Origin: Entomortierella parvispora E1425
Lineage: Eukaryota; Fungi; Mortierellomycota
Direction of reading: 5' to 3'
Assembly (NCBI GenBank): GCA_020891255.1
Contig: BQFW01000011.1
Span: 1,922,001-1,986,000, forward strand
DNA length: 64,000 nucleotides
This document shows positions 26,496-37,730 of this stretch, piece after piece. The first letter of the stretch is position 1, and every line of letters begins with the position of its first letter. Under the pieces are notes generated by a model that saw only the letters and a program-made list of their open reading frames with translations, did not search any database and was not told the DNA's origin. Made by a program: the position numbers and the translations under genes.

Positions 26496-29400
26496 ATGTC
26501 TGCACCTGCCAAGGAACTGACCGAGGGCCAGACCCCCGCTGGTACCAAGGCTTCCTCTGTTACCATCGATGTCAACGTCGCCACCATCGATATTGAGGAC
26601 TTGTACAACAAGGACAAGTTCGATATGTCGACTATGGAGACTGACAACATCTTCCAGTTGTTGAAGACCAGCGAAGCTGGTCTCACCACCGCTGAAGCCG
26701 AGTCCCGTGTTGCCAAGGTAATAATCACCCCCAACCCCCCACCGCACTTCTCCCGTATTCGTGATCCGTGACAACGCAGCAATGAGGCGGCGATCTGTTT
26801 GGTCTCTGTCCGTGCGACGTTGTTCATGTGTGAACTAGCTGCAAAGCTGCAATCGTGCTGCAATCGTGCTGCAATCGACATTTCCAGCAAACAAAAAAAA
26901 ACTTCCTTTCCCTGTCCCACAAAAACCAACAGACCCTAATCAATTTTTTTTTATCGATGTCTCTAGTTCGGCTACAACCGTCTTGAGCAGAAGGAGGTCA
27001 ACCCCTTGATGCAATTCTTGTCTTTCATGTGGAACCCCTTGTCGTGGGTTATGGAGGCTGCTGCTGTTGTCGCCATCGTCCTCTCTAACGGTGGTGGACA
27101 AGCCCCAGATTGGCCTGATTTCGTTGGTATCCTTATGTTGCTTCTTGCCAACGCTACCATCGGTTACATTGAGGAACGTCAAGCTGGTAACGCTGTCAAG
27201 GCCTTGATGGCCTCCCTTGCTCCCCAGGCCAAGATCAAGCGTGATGGTCAGTGGGCTACCCTCGAGGCTGCCCTCCTCGTTCCCGGTGATGTCATCTCCA
27301 TCAAGCTTGGAGATATTGTCCCTGCTGATGCCCGCCTCATTGAGTGTGTGAACGTTTCTATTGATCAGGCTGCTCTCACCGGAGAGTCCCTTCCCTCCAA
27401 CAAGCACAACGGCGATGAGATCTTCTCTGGTTCCACTGTCAAGCAGGGTGAGGGTGAGGCTGTCGTCATCGGTACCGGTTCCAACACCTTCTTCGGTCGT
27501 GCTGCCAAGCTTGTCCAGATGGCTGGTGATGATGTTGGTCACTTGCAGATCGTTTTGGCCCGCATCGGTCGCTTCTGTATTATGTCCATTGCCTTCTTCA
27601 TGATCATCGAGATCATTGTCATGTACGCCGCCTTCAAGTACGACTACCGTCGTGGTATTAACAACATCCTTGTCTTGCTCATTGGTGGTATCCCCATTGC
27701 CATGCCCACTGTCCTTTCCGTCACTCTCGCTATCGGTGCCCGCCAGTTGGCTGAGCACAAGGCTATTGTTACCCGTATGTCCGCCATTGAGGAGTTGGCT
27801 GGTGTTACCATTCTCTGCTCTGACAAGACCGGAACTTTGACCCTCAACGAGCTCACCATTGATTTGGCCAACGTCAAGACCTACTCTGATGTCTCTCCCG
27901 AAGATGTTATCCTCTACTCTGCCTACGCTTCCCGTATTGAGAACCAGGATGCCATTGATACCTGTGTTGTTGGTTCCTTGCCCGATGCCGCTTTGGCCCG
28001 CCAGGGTATTGAACAGCTCGACTTTGTTCCCTTCAACCCTACTGACAAGCGTACCCAGATTACCTACCGCCGCCTCTCCGATGGAACCGTTCACCGTGTC
28101 TCCAAGGGAATGTCCTCCATCATCCTTGATCTCTGCACCCGTAACAAGACTGAGGCTCAGGTCGCCCAGATGCATGCTGATGTTGACGAGTTCGCCTTCC
28201 GCGGTCTCCGTGCTCTTGCTGTTGCCATGGAGGAGGTCCCCGAGGGACAGAAGGACTCTGCTGGAACTGGTTTCACTCTCATTGGTCTCTTGCCCATTTA
28301 CGATCCCCCCCGTCACGATACCAAGGAAACCATTGACCGTGCCCAGGCTCTCGGTGTTGAGGTCAAGATGATTACTGGTGATCAGCTCGCCATTGCCAAG
28401 GAGACTGGTCGTCGCCTCGGTTTGGGTGACCACATGTTCAACGCTTCCGTTCTCCGTGATGGTCCCCCTGCTGATGATAACGTCAAGTCTAACACTGTTG
28501 ATGAGCTCGTCCTCGAGGCCGATGGTTTCGCTGGTGTCTACCCTGAGCACAAGTACGATATTGTTGCCCGTCTCCAGAACCTTGGACATTTCACTGCCAT
28601 GACTGGTGATGGTGTCAACGATGCCCCTGCTCTTGCCAAGGCCAACGTCGGTATTGCCGTCGCTGATGCTTCTGATGCTGCCCGCTCTGCCGCCGATATC
28701 GTCTTGACTGAGCCCGGTCTTTCCGTCATTATTGATGCCATCTTGGGATCTCGCCAGATTTTCCAGCGCATGCGCAACTACTCTGCCTACACCTGCTCGA
28801 TCACCATTCGTGTTGTCCTCTGCTTCTCCGTCATGTGCTTCGCCTGGAAGTTCGATTTCCCTCCCTTCATGGTCCTGATTCTCGCCATCTTGAACGACGG
28901 AACCATCTTGACCATCTCCAAGGATCGTGTTGTGCCCTCGCAGTTCCCTAACCACTGGGATCTCAAGGAGATTTTCACCTGTGCCATTGTCTACGGTATC
29001 TACTTGACCGCCTCCACCCTCGTCTTCTTCGCTGTCGCCTACGAAACCCGCTTCTTCCAGAACATGGGTCTTTCCGACTTCAACGGTGATCCCAACCACT
29101 TCCAGTTGCACTCGATCATTTACCTCCAGGTCTCGACCTTGTCCCAGGCTTTGATCTTCGTCACCCGTTCCCACGGTTTGTCGTATGTTGAGCGTCCCTC
29201 TGCTATCTTGGCCTTTGCCTTCGTCTTTGCCCAGATTGTTGCTACCTTGATTGCCGTCTATGCCAACTGGGGCTTCACCCAGATTGAGGGATGCGGTTGG
29301 GGTTGGGCTCTTGCTGTCTGGGTCTGGAACATTATCTGGTACTTCCCCTTGGACTTCATCAAGTTCGCTCTTGCCCGTGCCTTCAGACCTACCATCGAGT

Positions 29401-29636
29401 CTGTCAAGGAGAAGGAGAAGGAGATGACCTTGGCCCGCACCCGCTCTGCCCACTCCTACTACTCTTCTCACTTCGACCAGTATGCCAACCAGCCCCGCAA
29501 CTTCTCTCGCAAGAACTCCGTTGCCACTCCTCTTACCACGGATGGCAAGTCCCTCGGTGTTTCTTCGCACGAGATGCGTCGCTTCAGCACCATCCAGGCC
29601 GCTCAGGCCTCGAGTGCTTTGGCCGGTTCCAACTAA
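26496..29636 (+). CDS. PMA1: Plasma membrane H+-ATPase (P3A type), 2 exons (26496-26717, 26967-29636)
   Basis: [39 protein letters not shown], multiple TM helices, strong codon bias. Confidence 0.97.
26846..26878. repeat. 11-bp tandem repeat x3 (GCTGCAATCGT) in the PMA1 intron
   Basis: Read directly from the sequence. Confidence 0.85.
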
Positions 29637-29912
29637 GCCGGTCCCTCTCCACTCATTTTGCTACCTACTCCATCCTCGCTTTCTAAGCGCCCATGTTAGA
29701 ATGTAATATCTTTTTTTTTGTTCACTGTTGTTTCTTCGTTGTATTTACTTATATCCTCCAAACCAACCCAATCCAACCAAACACATCTAAATCCCCATAA
29801 TTGCCCCCATCCTTTCTTTATATTCATTTCTCTGCTCATCCATGCATGTACAATAAAAAAACAACGGAATCCAATATACATCTTGATCTTGATCGCCCTT
29901 TTGCCCTTGAAG

Positions 29913-29942
29913 GAAGAGCTTTGAAGAGCTTTGAAGAGCTTT
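29913..29942. repeat. 10-bp tandem repeat x3 (GAAGAGCTTT) between PMA1 and CCR4
   Basis: Read directly from the sequence. Confidence 0.85.
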
Positions 29943-30287
29943 TTAGCACCCTCCTGGACACACCAAACAGCACACACCAAACAGCACACTCGAAGAAAAC
30001 TTTCTTTTGTTGTTGACATGTTGAGATTCAAACACAGACACACAGAGAGAGAGAGAGACGCTATATCCACGCACAGATACAGTCACGTGAACTATGACGT
30101 GTCTGCTAACTGTGCGAGGTAATAACGGTCTCCTCTCACTCGTCCTCCTCCCCACAAGGCCAAAAAGGAGTCCCAAAGAGAAAAAGCGCATCCGTCCATC
30201 CAACCATCTGCATCTCTTTTTTGCTCTCTGTTCTCCCTGTCTCGTTTTCATGCGCGCCTCAGAGTTGATGCCCATCCTCGACACTTG

Positions 30288-30548
30288 ATGACAAGCGCAA
30301 CAACCATGGCTGAGCAGCATTTCAATCCGGCCCTCTATCAGTCCTACTCCGCAGCTCCGTCGCCGACCGCTTCGCTTGTAGGACCTCCTACCTCATCTGG
30401 CTACAACATTGGCCAAGGCATGTCCATGTACAATGGAGGCCTACCCCGCTACCCCGTTCAACTTAACCTCGCCCAAAAGTTCCAGCAGCAACAGCAACAG
30501 CAACTCCAGCAACAGCAGCTTCAACAACAACAACAACTCCAGCTACAA

Positions 30549-30579
<31 letters not shown>

Positions 30580-32758
30580 AAATCCAGCACAACCAACACC
30601 AAATCCTGATCCGTCAGCCTCCTGGTGTATCGTCCCCTGCAAGCATCCCCGCATCCCTGACGCCCCAGCTAGGCCCTGGTACCTCCCACTACCAGCAGCA
30701 GGCCCACTACGCCAATGTCTCCCGTCAGTCTGCTGCCCCTCACTACCGGGCCAGAGCCGCGGCCGCTGTGGCAAGAAGCAGCAACATGAGCTCTGCCATC
30801 ACGATTACGGACCCCAACAACCCATCGAAAAGCAGCCCTAACGGTGAAGGTGACAAGAGTGGCGCTCAGGAAAGTGGCTCCCAACCCTGGACGACTCTTG
30901 ATCTTGGAGGCATGGGCCTCAAGAACATCAGCGCAGAACTGTTTCGATACTCGTTTTTGACCGCTCTCTATGTGAACCACAACAATCTGCACTACCTTTC
31001 ACCCGAGATCAGTCGTTTGACTGGCCTCACGATTTTGGATGCTTCTGGAAACAAGCTTACCTCAGTTCCTCCAGAGCTCGGGATGCTGACCAGCCTTCAG
31101 CAATTGCATTTGGTCGACAATGGGTTGGTGACCCTTCCAGCAGAGCTTGGAACCCTTTTTCAATTGGAGATTCTTGCACTGGAGGGCAATCCGTTGAACG
31201 AGAGTCTTAAGAATTTGCTCCAGCAGGAAGGAACCGGCGCCGTGATCAACTATCTTCGTGAAAACTGCCCTGGTATGTCCTATCACTCATATTTCCCTCA
31301 AGCTCCTTTTCTCCCCAAGGTCAACATTAACCATGAGATTGTTTTGTTTTATATCATACTAGTACCCTTGCCTCCACCAGAGAGAGAATGGATTACCCTT
31401 GAAGACGATTCTGGAGCATCATCGGGTCAAGACACGTTCACTATGTTTTGTTATAACATTCTTGCTGAAAACTATGCTACTCCCCAGATGTACGGATACA
31501 CGCCTTCTTGGGCTCTTACGTGGGAGTATCGCAAGGAACTTATTCTTCAAGAGATTTTGGCCTACAGTGCAGATATTGTCTGTCTTCAGGTAATATACCA
31601 CATGCCTCATTTCTTCTTTTGATCCATCTATCAACAACTCGACCGCTCATCCACCAATTGGTATCCGGTATTGTTTCTCTTTAGGAAATCGAGCTTGGAC
31701 AATACGAGGACTACTTCAAGGAGCAGATGAAACAGCAGGCAGATTACGATGGCATCTTCTGGCCAAAATCGCGTGCCAAGACTATGCCCGAAAAGGACCG
31801 CAGAGTTGTGGATGGATGTGCTACCTTCTTCAAGTCTTCCAAGTATGTTCACGCTCGTAGAGGCTGCGCCTTCAACAACGTAGCACATGCAAATGACTAA
31901 CTCATATGACTCGATTATTACATGTTGGGTATTGAATCCAATAGATTCAGCTTGATCGATAAACATCTTGTCGAATTCAACCACATTGCGCTGCAGCGTC
32001 CAGATTTCAGGAAAACCGAGGATATCTTCAATCGAGTGATGACCAAAGACAACATTGCAGTCATTGCCCTTTTGGAACATAAAGAGACCAAAAACAGGAT
32101 GGTGGTCTCGAACGCTCATATTCATTGGGACCCAACCTTCAAGGATGTCAAGTTGGTTCAAGTAGCCATGCTCATGGATGAGCTTGACAAGCTGTCAACC
32201 CAGTGGGCGCACTTGCCTGGAGCGAATGGGAAGACCTCAGCTCAAACCCAGGGCAAGCTCCCAACACTTATCTGTGGCGATTTCAACTCTGAGCCAGCGT
32301 CGGGTGTGCACGAATTTTTGACCAAGGGTCTGGTGGCGCAGGGTCACGACGATTTTGGAGACCATGCCTATGGTACCTATACCTCAGAAGGACTTGCACA
32401 CAAGATGTCGTTGCGTTCCTCATATAGCCATGTGGACGAGTTGCCGTTTACGAACTTCACTCCGTCGTTCACAGCCGTGATTGACTACATCTACTACTCT
32501 TCCAACTTTTTGTCGGTCTTGGGCCTGCTGGGAGGCGTTGAGCGCGAGTACATGAGTCGTGTCGTTGGCTTCCCCAACGCGCACTTCCCATCGGATCATA
32601 TTCCAATCCTGGCCGAGTTCAAGTTCCGGTCCCAATTGGCGTTGCCAACAACGGCGCCTGACTTTGGAGCTACCTCTGGAGGATCCAACAACAATAACCG
32701 AGGAAATGGTCGTAACAACAACAGCAACGGCAACAACAACAGCAGCAACAACAAGTGA
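30288..32758 (+). CDS. CCR4: CCR4-NOT deadenylase subunit Ccr4 (polyQ N-terminus, LRR, EEP nuclease), multi-exon
   Basis: LRRs (LDLGGMGL, LYVNHNNL, LDASGNKL); CYNILAENYAT, ADIVCLQ|EIE, ICGDFNS, IDYIYYS, FPSDH. Confidence 0.96.
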
Positions 32759-33612
32759 ACAGATGACAAGGCAGAAAAAGAAAAAGACCATTCGCGGCTA
32801 CTGTCTGTGAAGCAAGCCTAGGTCGATTTTTTGGCGAAAGGAGGAGGGGCGAACCCAAGGAGGGGAGGGGTTGTCTTCTTTTTTTGATCCTTTTAGCACA
32901 AACACATTAGAACTGTACATTATTGTGGGGAGGGCATTGGGGAAGGGGAAGGAGTATCGTTATTAAGCAATCAAAACTCGTTTTTACTATTTCGAACTGT
33001 CCCTTTTGAGCTCTTGGGAGATGTGAACAAATTGCTTGCAGGCTGTGTGTGACCCATTCAGGATCATGGAGCACAAAAAGAGTACAGCATGGGCATGTAT
33101 GCACGCCGCTTTTTTGCCACCGTTTCGCACAGCCCCCAATATCGTGTGGCTGTACAATTGAGTTCAGACACGCCGCGTCTAAGAACGCTAATGTTTTCGG
33201 CCGAACTTGCTCATCACAAACAAACAACAGAAAGAGTCGGCCGCTGTCGGCCGTGAGGGGTCCGCAGCCATCGCTCTGTTTCGGAGAAGACAAGCGTTTC
33301 CTCTCTACTTTGCCATCGCTCAGGCGATGGCAAAGGCAATACGGCTTACGCTTCGGCGGACACTCGTATCATAGATGACAGGGCATCGCTCTTGCCTCTC
33401 AATATTCCCTCTCCCCCTATCCCACCCTCTCCCCTCAATGCCTGGCTCCCTTCCCCAGAAAGCAAAAAGACAGCAAGGTTTGCCAATGAAGTCTAGGTAA
33501 CATGAGCGACTATAAATTCTCGGTCTGGCAGGACACCGCCTTTCTGTCTTTTCTCTCCTCTTCTCTCCTCACCCCCTTCCCTCTCGAACCTCTCTCCCCC
33601 ATCTCAACCCAA

Positions 33613-34365
33613 ATGCGTTTCTTCTCCTTGACCCTACTCTCTGCCACTCTGGCTACTCTTGTCCTCACAACGGATGCTCAAGTCAAGGTTCAGAGCCGTG
33701 TTAACCCGCTCAGGACCTTGGGCGTTGGTCCCCATCCAGACTCTGTCGAAGCTCTCGGCCGCATTGAGAAACGTCAATACAGCTGCACCGATCCCACTTA
33801 CACTATTCAGTGCGGAAGCTACTGCTGCCAGGTAAAGAATCACACGGGAGTTTTTTGTCGCGTTGAATGCATGTTGCCACCGATGCTAACTGGGGTGGTT
33901 TTTTTTTTTTTTTTTTTTTTTTTTCATCAACAGTACGGATGCGACCTTGCAGGTAATGAAGCTGTTGCCTTTTATGAATGACACTCTACTCATTACCCGT
34001 GTTGCGAACAAGGGGGAAATCGCCACCAGCAGGCGGGTGAGCTCGTTTCTGCAACAGATGGACCATCTCCTTACCTCCCTTCTCTTTCTCCCATAGGCAC
34101 TGATTGTGGCTGCTCACCTGGCTACTACGAATGCACGAATGGTATTGGACTGTGCTGTATGACCGGGTGGACTTGCACAGGTACTGACACGTGCAGTCTT
34201 GGTGGAGGTAGTGGAGGTGGAAGCAGTGGTGGAAGCAGTGGTGGAAGCAGTGGTGGAAGCGGCGGCGGCAGCGGCGGCTCCTCTATTAGCGCGGGTAACA
34301 CCTTGACGTCTTCCAGTGCCATGGGCCTCCTCGCTGCCGTGGCTGCCGCTGTGGTCGCAGCCTAA
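33613..34365 (+). CDS. Small secreted Cys-rich protein, probably GPI-anchored, 3 exons
   Basis: Signal peptide MRFFSLTLLSATLATLVLTTDA; KR dibasic site; 12 Cys in two CC-containing modules; GGSS linker; hydrophobic C-terminal tail. Confidence 0.8.
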
Positions 34366-35131
34366 GATATCCTTGTGGGATGAACCGATGTCACCCTTCG
34401 TCCAACTCGCATGCAGACCGCTGCGTGGGCAGTTACAGTATCTCTGAAATATATCCTCTTCTAGCCATAGTATAAGTATAATATAAAAAAATCCAGCCTC
34501 CTTTGTTCAAAACAGCAATGGCAACGTATCCCTGGTGCTCTTCTCTCTTTCTTTCTCTCTCTCTCGCTCTCTGTTACTCCCTTTTTGATACTCGCTGAGC
34601 TGCAATCAGGATTGATGCCCTTTCTTTATTTTTTCATCTGCCTTTCGCCAGATCGCTCCTTCATTCTCTCCGTTCTTCTTGTCGAAGCTTTGAGTTTTAG
34701 CCGAGAGATGAGAAAAGGAAAGCAGACCTGCCCTATCAAGACAGCTTTCGTTCGCGTAATGTTTTCACGGAGATGCACGATCTTATGGACAATTGGTTCA
34801 AGACTGGGATGCTGCACAGTTTTTCATGTTCTGTGACCACCCCCCCAACACGGAGAAATGCAAGGGCTGACTCCGATCTCGAAAACCAAAAAAAAAAAAA
34901 AAAAAAAAAAATCTCGAGAGTGCTGCCCGATCTCCTTGTGGTTGAGTGATCTAGAAGTTCGTTTCGTGAGCGGTTTGTGCGAGTGCCTCACCAATGCTCT
35001 CATTCTTGGTCAGCGGTGTAGTGAAGGCGTCTCCAGAAGCCAACGTATAAATATACGAGCTGTGTCCATCATCTTGCTCCTCAGTTTTTTTTGGTAAATA
35101 ACTTACCCCTTCCTTTCCAAGACTTTTGAGA

Positions 35132-37730
35132 ATGAATCCAGCATCTGCCTCTGCCCAAGCTCGTTTACAAGTGATCCACCAACATTTGTCGATCCAGCCT
35201 TGTTTTCACCGCCATGCCATCGACAACGACAAGCCCACAGGTCCAGCGGACCTAGCTCGTGAACGCGCCAATGCCTCCTTCAAGGTGGAGGATATGACCG
35301 AGATCCTCTTTGGTGGAAAAGAGAATGTTGTGGCCCGGGTATGCAAACTACTGTACTTGAAGCCATAACTCTCACAATGGGTGAAAAGCTCAAAACACTG
35401 ACATTTGAAAACACCCTTATTTTTTTTTTTTTTTTTTTTCTTGTTGGATTCTGTCAATCCAGTCGCTTGCTTTCCAAATGATTCAACGCGACCCAGATCT
35501 TCGGATGCGCCAGGGTCACAACTACGATATGAGTCGAAGTGAGGAGCGAGAGCAGACTCTGCGTCAAGTCGCTCGCTTGATCCAGCTACGAAGAATGCCG
35601 GGTAACAACCTTTTGAGTAGGGCTCTAACCATGGCTATGTCCTACTACTCCGAAGCTTTTTGGATGATGTTTGTCCACGACGTGTTGTTCAAACAGGCGT
35701 TCACGTACTGTGCAACCCCCGAGCAGCAGGACAAGTGGATGGCCGATATCGAGGATTGGAGGGTGATGGGTTGCTTTGCTATGGTAAGTTGGTTTTTTTT
35801 CTTTCTTTGTGCTACTGTCGACCTTTTTTTTTTTTTTGCTGATATCGGCGACTCTTGCCCCATTTAGACGGAGCTTGGACATTCCTCCAACCTGCCTGGG
35901 TTGGAGACGACCTCGACCTTTGATCGCTCTACGGACGAGTTTGTTATCCATTCGCCCACGCAAACCTCAACCAAGTGGTGGATTGGAATGGCGGGTCGAA
36001 CAGCCACTCACACGGGTAAGTCCGCAACTTCCCCTTCTTTAACGTTCACAAGAGAGCGGAGGTTTGCTCCACCCCCCAGAAGCGAGAATGGATGATGCAG
36101 GAACAACAAATAAAAAAAAACATAAGAAAGGAGGCTCTCTCACAGACAAGGCGATGATTGGCCTTCTCAACTCTCATCCCATCTTTCTTCTTTCCAATCT
36201 GCAATAGTTGCAATGTGCCGAACCCTTGTTGATGGCAAAGACTATGGCCCCAATTGGTTCTATGTTCCCTTGCGTGACCGAAAGACTGGCCACCTCCTTC
36301 CAGGGATCGTGTGCGGTGATGTTGGCCAAAAAGCCTCACGCCAAGGCCTTGACACGGGTTACATCCAATTCACCCAAGTCCGAATCCCTCGGGGGAACAT
36401 GTTGCAGCGATGGGCTTCTTTTACTCCTCAGGGGGTATTCAAGCCCTCTCCCAACCCAGTTCTGGCATACTCGCCACTGACCACGGAACGATTTGCAACC
36501 CTGAATTCCCACAAGGTGACTCTCGCACAGAGCTTGACCATTGCCGTCCGCTACGGGGCTGTCCGCCGCCAAGGAACTCGTGACGAGCAGATTATCGATT
36601 ACCAAACCCACCAGGCGAACCTGATGCCCGGGCTAGCGTTCATCCACCTGTTGAGCATTGTTGAACGCGACGTTTGCGAAAAGTGGGATGAGGTCCAAGA
36701 AATGGCCCACACGAACGTGGAACAGTTTTTGCACGAGTTGCCGGACCAACATGGGATCGCGGCCAGTTTCAAAGCCGCCCTGTCGTGGTATGTGACGGAG
36801 GCGCTCGAGTCCTGTCGTCGATCCTGTGGCGGGCACGCGTACTCGGCCTACAACGCTTTCCCGGGATTAATAGGTGACTACAATATCGTTACGATCGGTG
36901 GAGGAGATAACGTCGTGCTCATGCAGCAGTCGGCTCGGTACTTGATCTCATCACTCAAAAAGGCCATGACAGGTCATCAGGTTCATGGATCTGTCGATTA
37001 CATGAATGCACACATGTATTTCTCCTCAGTTACCAAGACAAGTTTCCAGGACCCTCGAGACTTGCTCAACCATGAGTTTTTCATCGATGCTTTGACCTGG
37101 GCATGTCTCAAGAAAGCAACTGGACTGAAAAAGGTCCTGGAGAACGCCGGCACCCACTTTGAGGAAGTTTGGATTGAAAACCAAACAGAGTTGATACGCT
37201 TGGCCGATATCAACACATGGCGATATTTCCTTGTGGTATTCCATCGAGTTATTGAGCGCGAGAAGGAAAGAAAGCCAGAGGTGTACGCGCTATTCAAAAG
37301 GATGGGGCTGCTTATGGGCACATTTATCCTCAAGCGATATATGGATGTATTCTTGGAAGAGGGCTATTTCGATGGCTCGCATGCCAAGTTTATCCGTGAG
37401 TTACACTTGGATCAGTGCAAGGATTTAAGAAAGGAAGCGGTCGCGTTGGTAGACTCTTGGGCGATTCCAGACTTTGCACTGCAGGCACCCATTGGAAAGT
37501 ATGATGGAGACATCTACCCGGCCTACTTTGCAGCGGTGAATGCGGCCCAACAGTCGTTTGAGCCGACGGATTATTGGCTCAAGTACGCTGGCCCATTGTT
37601 GAACGCGCCGCGACCGACCGACAAGGAGCCAATTGCCCCCCATTCACACGTTGATCAGCCCACCTCCGTCACAAACAGGAAAAAGGCAAGAGTTCCCATG
37701 GAGAAGGAGAACGATGCTCTTTGGGTCTGA
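35132..37730 (+). CDS. Peroxisomal acyl-CoA oxidase family protein with N-terminal PTS2, 4 exons
   Basis: GCFAM|[60 protein letters not shown]-terminal [11 protein letters not shown]. Confidence 0.93.

Noticed and set aside
26940-29570. 876-aa antisense ORF overlapping PMA1
   Set aside because: Exact shadow of a highly codon-biased gene. Avoidance of TTA/CTA/TCA removes antisense stops, and there are no independent motifs.
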